10,204 nucleotides of DNA from Paraspadella gotoi (lineage: Eukaryota > Animalia > Chaetognatha): assembly GCA_051294375.1 (NCBI GenBank), contig JBJCIZ010000527.1, positions 1 through 10,204 on the forward strand. Direction: 5' to 3'. Shown here piece after piece: positions 1-8,992 of the stretch. The notes under the pieces are model-generated. The model was not told where the DNA came from. It saw nothing but the letters and a program-made list of their open reading frames with translations, and ran no database searches. The number at the start of each line of letters is the position of its first letter. The stretch's first letter is position 1. A program made the position numbers and the translations under genes.

Positions 1-230
1 TAATATATATAATTATTACCATCCACGAATACGAAACAACTATATATAATGGTTCCGAGGACTTAAAATCATTAATTTTGTAGTCATAGGCATAGCGACT
101 CTTATTCTTCCGACATTGAAGAGAGAGCGAGCGCTTTTTTGAATTTTAATTTCAATAACTCGCCAAACTTATGTATTAAATATCATTCCTGTCAATTTGA
201 AAGCTATGATAAGTTAGCCGTACAGTAGCA

Positions 231-305
231 CGGAATTCCGGTTACCGGTCCACTATCAGTAATAATCGTCGGTCGCCATTTTTCGTCGTATCGAATTTGA
301 CGTCA
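231..305. promoter_or_regulatory. Motif cluster: YY1/Pho-type site and CRE palindrome next to GAGA repeats
   Basis: CGCCATTTT at 274-282, TGACGTCA at 298-305, palindrome CGGAATTCCG at 231-240, and a GA tract from 370. These are motif matches only. Confidence 0.25.
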
Positions 306-369
306 GAACGATTTAAGTTTTCGATATCCGCTCTTAAAAGCCTCTCACTTTGTGCGCCAAAGCGATGAA

Positions 370-457
370 GAGAGAAGAGAGAGGAGAGAGGCAGAGAGAG
401 AGAGCGAGAGGAGGAGAGAGACAGAGAGAGAGAGAGAGAGGAGTAGAGAAGACAGAG
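370..457 (+). repeat. Interrupted (GA)n microsatellite (further GA-rich stretch at ~547-590)
   Basis: Visible GA dinucleotide runs with interruptions. Confidence 0.9.
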
Positions 458-623
458 TACCCTGAGATACAGTTAAAGCGATCATTTTCATTTTTCTGCT
501 TTGCGCCATTGACTCTTCTTTCTAATGCAAGGATTTCATTGATCTGGAGAGAGAGAAGAGAGATAGTGGGGATAAAGTGAGAGAGAGAAAGGAGATCTTT
601 GACCATGGCAGATTCCTTGCGCT

Positions 624-652
624 CTGACCCCTTCTTTATTTTCCCTTTCCAG
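624..652 (+). other. Candidate 3' splice site (branch point + polypyrimidine tract + CAG)
   Basis: CTGAC-CCCTTCTTTATTTTCCCTTTCCAG|G is followed by a CpG-rich island (~670-820) that has stops in all three plus frames. It would be a non-coding/UTR or short terminal exon if real. Confidence 0.3.
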
Positions 653-927
653 GTATAATTTCTCCATAAAGAACGCCGGTTACCTTTCGCGGTTTAGGCG
701 GGACTGCGGCGTCCTGAGAATTCTTTTTTCACGTCGGCCTCAGCTAGATCGGCGTGTTTAAAAACCGGGCGTCGCGTCAGTCCTCGTCTGAAGCTGTCGC
801 GAAAGTTAAGCGTTCGGACCAATCTTTTGATTGGTATTTTAGTATAATTAGAATATCAAAAAAGTCGTTAAGTTAAAAATATTTGAAGCAACAAAAGGTA
901 AACAAAAAACAAATACAAAACAACCAT

Positions 928-1080
928 TCTCTCTCTTTTCTATCTCTCTGTCTCTCTACTCTTCTCTCTCTCCTCGCTCTGTCTCTCTCTCTCACTTCCT
1001 GCCCTCTCCCCATCTCCCTTGCTTCCCCTCTTCCCCTCCTCTGCCTCTTCCATCTTCCATCTCTGCCTCCATCCCTCCTT
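928..1080 (+). repeat. Degenerate (CT)n / polypyrimidine tract
   Basis: Visible CT runs grading into CCT/CCATCT-rich pyrimidine sequence. Confidence 0.85.
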
Positions 1081-1222
1081 ATCTTTTGACCCTTCATCCA
1101 TATTTCATGTTTACTTTTCCAATTTTATTTTCCATTTTTATCAGTTTATGACTCCGATTTTTTCTTTTTTTCTTGCCTCTTTAGCTGAGCTTCACATTTT
1201 ATTCTGTGTTTCTTGCTTTCTT

Positions 1223-1248
1223 TCTCTCTCTCTCTCTCTCTCTCTCAA

Positions 1249-1305
<57 letters not shown>
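1223..1305 (+). repeat. (CT)n microsatellite
   Basis: Near-perfect CT run. Confidence 0.95.
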
Positions 1306-1880
1306 TTTTTCCTTCTTTTTCTCTTTAGCTTTCTTTTTTTACGTCACCTACTATTGACAAGTATTCTTATATTTCTCCAATAATTATCTTTTCTAAAGCT
1401 TTCTTCTTTTTTCTTCTAAACCGATAGCAAATGTCATGCTTTTATTCGTTATTATGTTTGTGTTATTTTTAGTACACGCTACGTAAGAAAAGTGATAACA
1501 TTTCTAGAGGTAGGATTTCCCCTTGATTTAAACCATAAATGTTACATTTAATTCGAAAAGAGTAAACATTTTGCTTTGTACAAGGAATTTATTCATTTTC
1601 GCCGTTTTCCTTTCGTCAGACTCGTCGGTTCAAATAATTTTTTTTTTCTTTCAAATAAAATTTTCGATATTGAAAATTATTCCATGAATAAAATAACGTG
1701 AGCGAAGCGTGAATTCAGTTTTGACTTTCCGCCTTTTCGATCTTTTTTAATTTCAATTTTATTTACTCCCTTTCTTTTTACATTTCACTTTTTTTTTAAA
1801 CGATTCCCTTTGTTCCGCTAATTCCGCTCTTCGTCCCTCGTCGTCGTTGTTTCTTCTTTTTTTTTAGTTCACGCCATCCC

Positions 1881-1901
1881 CGCTGCGATTCGCTGCGATT
1901 C
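1881..1901 (+). repeat. Perfect 10-bp tandem duplication (CGCTGCGATT)x2
   Basis: Positions 1881-1890 and 1891-1900 are identical. Confidence 0.85.
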
Positions 1902-3038
1902 ATCGTCCATTTTCTTTCCCGTTCCCTTCCTGACTTCGGTATCCTTCACCCCAGGGACATCGTCGAAATAACAACGAGAACGCTTGGGAATCGAACTCTG
2001 GGATCCTAGTCGTCGGAAAGGCCCACCTTTATGTCTTTTTTTGTAGCGAATGAGAATTTATTTTCGTATTTTATTTTCTTTATAACACAGACTTATGTTT
2101 CTCTCTTTTTTTTTTCGGGTTTGATATTTTTGTCCAATGTTCGAATAGTGGCTGATTTTCTTTCTTTTCCTTTAATACATTGTAACATTTTTGTCAAAGA
2201 GATCACTGAGCTTTCTTTCTTCTTTTTACTTCTTTTCACCTTTTCTATTCCCTGCCACTTCGGTATCCCTCCGCCCCGCAAGTTTATTCAGTCATCCCTA
2301 CCCTACCCTACCCTTTTCTCATTCGAAATTTTTTTCCTTAACTTTTAAACTTCGTGTTTTGTTTCATCCATTTTAACTCTATTCGAATTCCGTCTTCGTT
2401 TCTTTTCAACTTTAAGTTTATCTTTCTTTATTCTATGTAAATTTTAATTCATATCTCTTAGTCATTCGTTGGATTAATTGATTCTTTTTTTCTTAAATTC
2501 CATTCATATTTTCCGGAATAAGCGGTTACTGACTACTCTCTGTACGTTAGGCTCTTAAATTGGTCTTTTTTCTAGTTAAATTTTCCTTTTCTCCTTTCCC
2601 TTTTTCCTCTTTTCTCTCTCCTCTTCCTTCTTTCCTCATTTCTCTTTCCGCTCAATTCGCGTCTTCTTTGCTTATCGCCTCCAGGAGGCGACAATTCTTT
2701 TTTTCTTTTCTAATCTTTTCATTTAGTCATCGAGTTTCCTTCATCTTCATCATCTTTCCCAGCATCGGCGTTTCCCTCTTTTGCCTTCATACCGAAAATG
2801 ACTGTAAATATAATTTGTATATAACTCACAAGTTTTTCGCTCATTTCTACCTTTTTTCCTTTTTTTTTTTTCCTTTTCCTCCTTTCATCTCTTCCCCCCC
2901 CCATTTTCTATCTCCATTCTTTAATCCCCCCACGCCCCCATCCTCCTACACTTTCTCGCTCCCGCTCACCCTTTTTTTGTTTCGAACGACGATATTTCGA
3001 CAGTGGCAAAAAACGGGCAATGTGGCACAGTTTCGTGC

Positions 3039-3067
3039 CTCTCTCTCTCTCTCCTCTTCTCTCTCTT

Positions 3068-3118
<51 letters not shown>

Positions 3119-3141
3119 ATTCTCATTCTCTCTCTCTCTCT
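3039..3141 (+). repeat. (CT)n microsatellite
   Basis: Visible interrupted CT run. Confidence 0.95.
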
Positions 3142-4470
3142 AAATCAATCGATTCTTTGTATCAAAATTCATTTTTCATCAGAAACTAAAGCGAACACGT
3201 CAGACGTTGCTTTAACCAATTTGTTAATATATCAGAATATCAGATAAATACAGTTTTGAAATATGACGAGAGGCCAGCGTTCTTGCTTATATTCAGATTT
3301 ATATAGAATTTGTTCGTCATCAAATTTTTGATCAAACTAGCTCACGACACCAAAAATGGAAACGTTATGCAATGGCTTATTACTAATGCGACACTATCGA
3401 AACCGTATGCTCCTGGTTTAATCCAGCGAATGTCACCACTTAGTTTAAAAAGCGATTAAGGTTCTTTGTATAAACTCACGACAGAGGTGGGAGGCGACTA
3501 ATGAGGGTCTGAATCCCTAAATGCCATCTGATAAAATGCCCCGGTCCGAGCTAATCACTTTTTTAAACAAGTAAATAGGACGAAACCTTTTCAGTTTTAT
3601 TTTAGGTTTGACTCTCATGCATGTCATTCTCTCTCTAGCATTTTCTCCTTTTTCTTCTTTTTCTCTTTTTTCTTCCTTTTTCATCTTCATTTGCGTCTCC
3701 TCGTTCAACTTTTCCATTTCATTTTCCTTTTCCCTTTTCGCTTCTCCTTCAAATCGACCTAACCACATTCCCCGTCCATTTTTTACCATTTCGCTCTTCC
3801 CTGTCTACCTTTTCCCCTCTGCTTTTTTCTTCTTTCTTATCCCCCTTTTCTTTCCATATTCCAATAAAGAAATTTCATATTCTTTTTTTTTTTTCATTTT
3901 TGCTTCTGTTCTCTGTCCCTTTTTTCTCCCATTCTCCTGATTCTTATTTTTATTTTTTCTTCAAATACTCCATTTCCTCCATTATTTTTTTCTCTCCAAT
4001 ATCTCGACGAAAGAGAGAGAAAATAATTTTTTTTAAGTTTTTTCTTTCTTTCTTTTTATTTCGTCGGCGAATCCTCCGTTAAGCATTCAAATCCAATGAT
4101 TTTACAGTTATAGCAATGGGCGACTGGCGTTGCAGGTCGTAGCAAAGTGTTGAAGGGCGTTGCAAGGCCTACCAGAGAGTAAACAGGGTGAGACAAGATG
4201 CAGCATATCTTCTAGATGTGTGAAATAGAGCCGCCGTAATAGAGCATCGCTTCTAGATCACTACTACAGACAAACCCATCGACTTACCCTATGAAGGAAG
4301 GTGAGTTAAAGCGACTTCGACGCGAAATATCGATTCTCCATTTGAAAAAATAAAACTTTTTTTCTCAATTCCCCTCTAACCCCCCTTGTTTTCCTTCTCT
4401 CTCTTTCGATCGCTCATTAACTTCTTCTTTTTTTTGTTCTATGTTTTATACTTTCTTCTTCCTTCCTTCG

Positions 4471-4486
4471 TCTCGCTCTCTCTCTC

Positions 4487-4571
<85 letters not shown>

Positions 4572-4592
4572 TCTCTTCTCTCTCTCTCTCTC
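4471..4592 (+). repeat. (CT)n microsatellite
   Basis: Long near-perfect CT run. Confidence 0.95.
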
Positions 4593-4657
4593 ACACTCGC
4601 CTCCAAGGCTCTTTAATCTCCACCCTGAAAAAAAAAATCAATAGGTCGTTTCTCTAT

Positions 4658-4773
<116 letters not shown>

Positions 4774-4925
4774 GATAGCACCTGTTCTGCATTGTGAAGA
4801 TGCCAACAACACCTGTTTAGCCTTGGGGCGCCGCAAACTTAAGTGCCCAGGCGGCAACCTCGAACCCAAGAATTTTTTTTCTTAGCAAAAAAAAAAAAAA
4901 GAGAAAAACTTGAGAAAGATTTTGC

Positions 4926-4927
<2 letters not shown>

Positions 4928-4965
<38 letters not shown>

Positions 4966-4974
4966 AGAGAAGAG
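4928..4974 (+). repeat. (GA)n microsatellite
   Basis: GA run in the opposite orientation to the neighbouring CT runs. Confidence 0.95.
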
Positions 4975-5095
4975 GACAGGCTGCTAGACTCACTTTATCG
5001 AGGAGGAAAATTCCGCTTACTCCTTCGCCTCTCTTTAAATCCCCAATCCCCACCTCCCTATAACAATTCACCCTCGAAATCCCACCATTTATAAT

Positions 5096-5145
5096 CCCCC
5101 ACCCTCCCTCTCCCCCCCCCTAAACGCCCCCTTCCCCCCTCACCC
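5096..5145 (-). other. G-quadruplex motif (minus strand) / i-motif (plus strand)
   Basis: The plus strand reads CCCCC-A-CCC-T-CCC-TCT-CCCCCCCCC-TAAACG-CCCCC-TT-CCCCC-TCA-CCC. That is seven runs of at least 3 C with loops of 1-6 nt, which satisfies the G3+N1-7 rule on the minus strand. Confidence 0.7.
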
Positions 5146-6148
5146 AAGCGTCAAAAATCTGAAAGAAAAAAAAATTGCATTCTCTGTGTTGCGATGCGTT
5201 GCGTGTTTGTAAACGACAATATCTTCGCCTTTAAATCCTTAGGAGAACCGAGAACCGCATCAACTGCCGACATAAACAACAACAGACCGTGTCTTCAAGT
5301 TCGTCGAAAAATACAAATGGGCATTTTTCAACCTTGGAAATTTTCCTTTTTTTTTTTGTTTGTATTTTAGTTTTCGCCCATATTTATTTACATTGTTCTT
5401 TTATTGTTAACGCTCTTTCTCCTCATGTCACCGCTTCTACGTGCTACGCATAAATTGCCCAAAAAAAGTATCCAAAACTATTTTTAAAAACTTAATAAAC
5501 ATCAAGTCGCTCTCAGAAAAATCCATTCGATCTCTGTGTTCATATTCAGCATTACTGTATCGCTACGGAAGCTAATGCACTTCCATAATCTCTCCGTTGT
5601 ACAAATCGGGATCAAGAAGCGGACGAGATCGTAAAACCTCTCGCGCCGTCTCCCTTCACCTACGTCCTCATTTGCATATTGTGGTGATTTTAGTCTGAAG
5701 AGCAAGGCGAGGACGACGACGACACGAACGCTCACGTGTAGAAAAACGACGACATAATCTACTTAACTCATTCTTTTTTTCAGTACTGTTGTTTTTACCT
5801 TTCTGCGCAATTTGGTTGTTTTTTTTAATGTTTCTCTCGTGCGTAATATCTCTCCCTCCTCTCTCTTTCTCCTCTGTCTCTCTCCACCTCTCCCCACTTT
5901 TTTCGGGCCAAGCCAAGTCCGCTAAGCATTAATCAACGTAATCCGTCTTTGGAACCCGGAGATGTTGTGCTGCTGAAAAGAAGGTTATTGTAACCAGAAA
6001 GTAGTAAGTTCCCTATTCTCCCATAGAGAGAGAAAAAGAGGGAAAAAAGCAGAACCCGCGTCTTGTTAATCTAATTCGTTAATCACGACTGAACTTTCTT
6101 ATGGACGCCCAGTCGTGACCAAATGAGACGCGTGACTTCACTCACAAA

Positions 6149-6168
6149 CTCTCTCTCTTTCTCTCTCT

Positions 6169-6234
<66 letters not shown>
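6149..6234 (+). repeat. (CT)n microsatellite
   Basis: Long near-perfect CT run. Confidence 0.95.
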
Positions 6235-6238
<4 letters not shown>

Positions 6239-6409
6239 ACTCCGGATCTGGATGGGGGCCGAACCACGACAGCAACGACAACAACAACAAACAAAACATC
6301 GGCGCTGAATGAGCGAACAACAACATAATTGTCACCTTCACTCGGCCACCGGACAGTTTATTGACGTCGGGTTCGATTGAAACTGGAAACAATGAGATCG
6401 GATAACCGA

Positions 6410-6451
6410 GACGACGACAAAGACGACGACGACAAAGACGACGACGACGAA
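6410..6451 (+). repeat. 15-bp tandem repeat GACGACGACGACAAA (~2.8 copies), a compound (GAC)n microsatellite
   Basis: GACGACGACAAA GACGACGACGACAAA GACGACGACGACGAA. Confidence 0.9.
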
Positions 6452-6997
6452 GCTCTGTGATAACACACGACTGCAGCTAGAGAAAAAATATTTAATTCGA
6501 AAAAAACAATGAATTATCCATTTGGCGTAAGACAATAGTTGGCTATCTAAAATCGAAAATCTTTTTCTCAATCAGAACTTTTAAGAATAATTTAAAACCG
6601 TTTTGGACAAATTTTAATTTTATTAAACGAATACATGTTTAAGCTTAGCAAAAGAACTCTAAAAAATGCTTTCAAGCTTGACTAATGTTATCGATTTACT
6701 GCCAAGTATTCCTTAGTACTTTCCACACTTTTTATGTGGTTCGTAATGTTAAAATTTTTTTTTTTTCACATAAGATAGCCGATTGCTCATTGCGAATGTC
6801 TTCAAAGATGTTTAATTTCTGATCTTTTAATACTCAAATTCTGAGTTGCCGATTTCTCTTGGCTGTTTCACAAAATCGTGTAAATAGAAAAGCAAAAAAA
6901 ATTTGTGTGTGAATATAATGTATTGGGAAGACTAAAAACTTGTTACATTTTCAGACATTTGCTACATAAATTCTATACTTAGTAATTATCGTTAGCA

Positions 6998-7016
6998 TTT
7001 TTTTTTTTTTTTTTTT
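6998..7016 (+). repeat. Poly(T)19 homopolymer
   Basis: Directly visible. It lies just 3' (minus sense) of the exon-like block 7205-7017. Confidence 0.9.
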
Positions 7017-7318
7017 ATGCATTTTGGACCGGCATGATCTTAAAGGTTCCTCTTTAATCTTCATCCATCTAATTTCGCGAGTTCCAATAACTTTTTCAGA
7101 TCTCTCGACATTATTTCTATCCCTTTTCCTTTGCTGGTTTTTATCCGCCGAAGGTCGGAGGTTGGACGCGGGGTCTTCTCGCCATTGTCTTTTTCCGGTT
7201 TTGAACTTATTATTAAAATTAAAAGTAAAATTTTAAAAAAAATACTTTTTAGTAAATTCGCATATTTTGGCCTCGGCGGGATGTCTTCAATGTTTAGAAT
7301 TATACGGAGTTTTGTTTG
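7017..7318 (-). other. Two further exon-like segments split by a 40-nt GT-AG AT-rich intron-like piece (7245-7206); possible longer 3' part of the gene or a 3' UTR
   Basis: GTATTTTTTTTAAAATTTTACTTTTAATTTTAATAATAAG sits between two GC-richer blocks. The block from 7205 is open for more than 60 codons (FKTGKRQWREDPASNLRPSADKNQQRKRDRNN...). As sequenced it does not join in frame with the upstream CDS. Confidence 0.3.
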
Positions 7319-7866
7319 TCATTTGACTTTATTCTTACATGCCATCAGTGTAATCTTTGTCAGAATTGGTTGTGATATCTGTCATTCTTAGTATATTTGT
7401 TTATTAAATAAAAAAGGACAAAATTACTTACTGCGTGATTGGCTCTTCCAATCCTCATTATTTGGTCTGTTCCAATTCCCAATAGTTGGGGCTCTCGTCC
7501 CCGAATTTTCTTCAGTTTCATTCCGTTTCGTCTTCTCTGAAATTTTATTTCCTCTTGTCATATTTTTTCTGACTCTGTTAATAAAGACGCGAGACTTACC
7601 CTTGTCCAGTAGTCGTTTCCTCCCCTTCCAGCAATCCGATTATTTTTTCTCAAATTTTCGTTTATTTTTCTCATTTCCGCCAGTTCTCCGACTTCGTTTC
7701 CTTAAAAATATGAAATATGAAAATATAAAAAAAATACCCCAAAATACGCTTTCAAAATAAATACAAGGTTTTTTTTATACGGATAAACACTCCTTTTAGA
7801 AATAAACCGACCTGCGCGAAGGGGACTTGAAAGTCCGATCAAAACTGCGAAGAGAAGACAGCGCAT
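7319..7866 (-). CDS. Predicted 4-exon gene for a small secreted-type basic protein (~106 aa, family not recognised): MRCLLFAVLIGLSSPLRAGNEVGELAEMRKINENLRKNNRIAGRGGNDYWTRRRRNGMKLKKIRGREPQLLGIGTDQIMRIGRANHAISQPILTKITLMACKNKVK*
   Basis: Manual splicing on the minus strand. Exon 1 is 7866-7812 (ATG, signal-peptide-like MRCLLFAVLIGLSSPLRA, donor CAG|GTCGGT). Intron 1 is 7811-7701 (111 nt, T-rich, ends TTTTTAAG). Exon 2 is 7700-7600 (donor AGG|GTAAGT). Intron 2 is 7599-7537 (63 nt, ends ATTTCAG). Exon 3 is 7536-7432 (donor GCA|GTAAGT). Intron 3 is 7431-7379 (53 nt, branch-like TACTAA, ends TGACAG). Exon 4 is 7378-7319 and ends in TGA. Intron phases (1,0,0) join without internal stops. The 3' end is the least certain part. 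Confidence 0.6.
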
Positions 7867-7936
7867 CTTTTCTATCGGTGGCGAATTGATTAGCGTAGAA
7901 GAAGGAGTGAGAGTCTTTAAGTTCAAAACGGTTGGC

Positions 7937-7971
7937 GAATGAAAGCGCGTCTAGAGACACGAGTTTTTAAA
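7937..7971 (-). promoter_or_regulatory. TATA-like box plus initiator (RNA Pol II core promoter) of the minus-strand gene
   Basis: On the minus strand, TTTAAAAA lies at 7971-7964 and TCATTC (matches the TCAKTY Inr) at 7942-7937. The first T of the box is 31 nt upstream of the Inr A (7940), which is canonical spacing. This gives a 74-nt 5' UTR before the ATG at 7866. Confidence 0.5.
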
Positions 7972-8578
7972 GGGTTGACGAGGGAGTCGAGAGCGGCGTG
8001 TGGGTCCCGAGAGACATGAAGACCCCCTTGAGAGTGCCCTCGAGGACACCCTCGACTATAATTATCTTAGATTATTGTATATTATATAATGTTGGTTCTC
8101 CGCAGCGAGGTATTATATTAGCGATCACCGTGAAAGCAGGAGTGTTAAGATATTTGAAATAAAAACGAATTACGAACAGTTATTATATGCAGCTTATGTT
8201 AGGTAATACCTTACACTAAGCGTTGAATAAAAACTTTTTAAGGTATTAAAAGCCAACTCAGTCCCTTTAAATGCCCACATATAATGTCGATCAACACAGC
8301 ACCAGTCTTGCCGGTTCAATGTAACGGGTTGATTAATTACAAAAACTATATTTCGTATTATTTCCGACGAAACCCGACGTATCATTGTTAACATTCATCT
8401 TTTACCGACGTCGATGATTTTTTACGCAAGTCGGAACCGGTTTCTTGCTTTGTCTGTTCTGGCGGCTGATCGCCCGGGACGCACAAGCCGGGAAGCCAGA
8501 ATGCATTCTGTAATGTTTATTACGCGTTAACCTTGCGTTTAATTTGGAAAGCCCCATTGCCCAGAGTCGATAGGGACT

Positions 8579-8992
8579 TTTATGAACACTGTACTAAAAG
8601 ACAAAAAAATCACTATCAAAATAAAAATCATTAAATTCTACGCTGATTCTAATGTGCATGGATTCCACGACTTTACGAGGTCAAAAGTCAAAACATATCT
8701 CATTGTTAGTTCTTTAAGCGTCATCACAATCACGGGGAGTATTAATTTAAAAAAAAAAGATTTTGCCAGAAATTTCGACAATATATTTTCTATGTCATTA
8801 CAGTGGAAAATAAAATAACAGAGAAAAAACATTTTTTATAAATAAATCAACACAAATTCACTCTGTCATCCCTAAATTTCTGAATTATAAAAATGTTTTT
8901 CTCTGTTATTCTTTCCACTGATGATGACATAAAAAATATATGTCGAAATATCAATATCAAAACTTTTATTTTAGCACAGTAAAACTCATAAA
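8579..8992. mobile_element. Degenerate foldback / MITE-like inverted-repeat element
   Basis: Inner arms 8772-8841 and 8885-8949 are imperfect reverse complements (~65-70 bp) around a 43-nt spacer. Outer termini ACTGTACTAAAA (8588-8599) and TTTTAGCACAGT (8969-8980) match at 11/12, and TTTATGA (8579-8585) pairs with TCATAAA (8986-8992). The element is AT-rich with no transposase ORF and no clear TSD. Confidence 0.5.
8772..8949. repeat. Long imperfect inverted repeat (hairpin/cruciform-capable)
   Basis: Left arm: ATTTCGACAATATATTTTCTATGTCATTACAGTGGAAAATAAAATAACAGAGAAAAAACATTTTTTATAA. Reverse complement of right arm: ATTTCGACATATATTTTTTATGTCATCATCAGTGGAAAGAATAACAGAGAAAAACATTTTTATAA. Confidence 0.92.

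Noticed and set aside
20-335. Possible minus-strand exons (AAAATGGCG start; donor-like GTAACC and GTAATA)
   Set aside because: The ATG frame stops after 7 codons, and I could not build a consistent stop-free exon chain of meaningful length.
1986-2030. Pol III B-box-like GTTCGATTCCC on the minus strand (tRNA or SINE?)
   Set aside because: I found no A-box at suitable spacing and no cloverleaf. Similar partial matches near 4860 and 6370 also lack tRNA structure.
2295-2313. (CCCTA)3 telomere-like repeat
   Set aside because: It has only ~3.5 units and does not match TTAGG or TTAGGG. It is an ordinary short repeat.
5502-5735. 77-aa minus-strand ORF with a hydrophobic start
   Set aside because: It starts at a non-ATG codon, the valine run derives from a (GTC)n repeat, and there are no convincing flanking splice sites or recognisable homology.
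6410-6451. CRISPR-like array or FLAG-tag contamination
   Set aside because: The repeats are contiguous with no unique spacers, and there is no DYK motif or vector context.
7702-7926. 74-aa unspliced minus-strand ORF as a complete gene
   Set aside because: Only the internal MRCLLFAVLIGLSSPLRA part looks coding. The rest reads through the predicted 5' UTR and T-rich intron 1.
8497-8510. Perfect 14-bp palindrome CAGAATGCATTCTG
   Set aside because: About one palindrome of this length is expected by chance in 10 kb.
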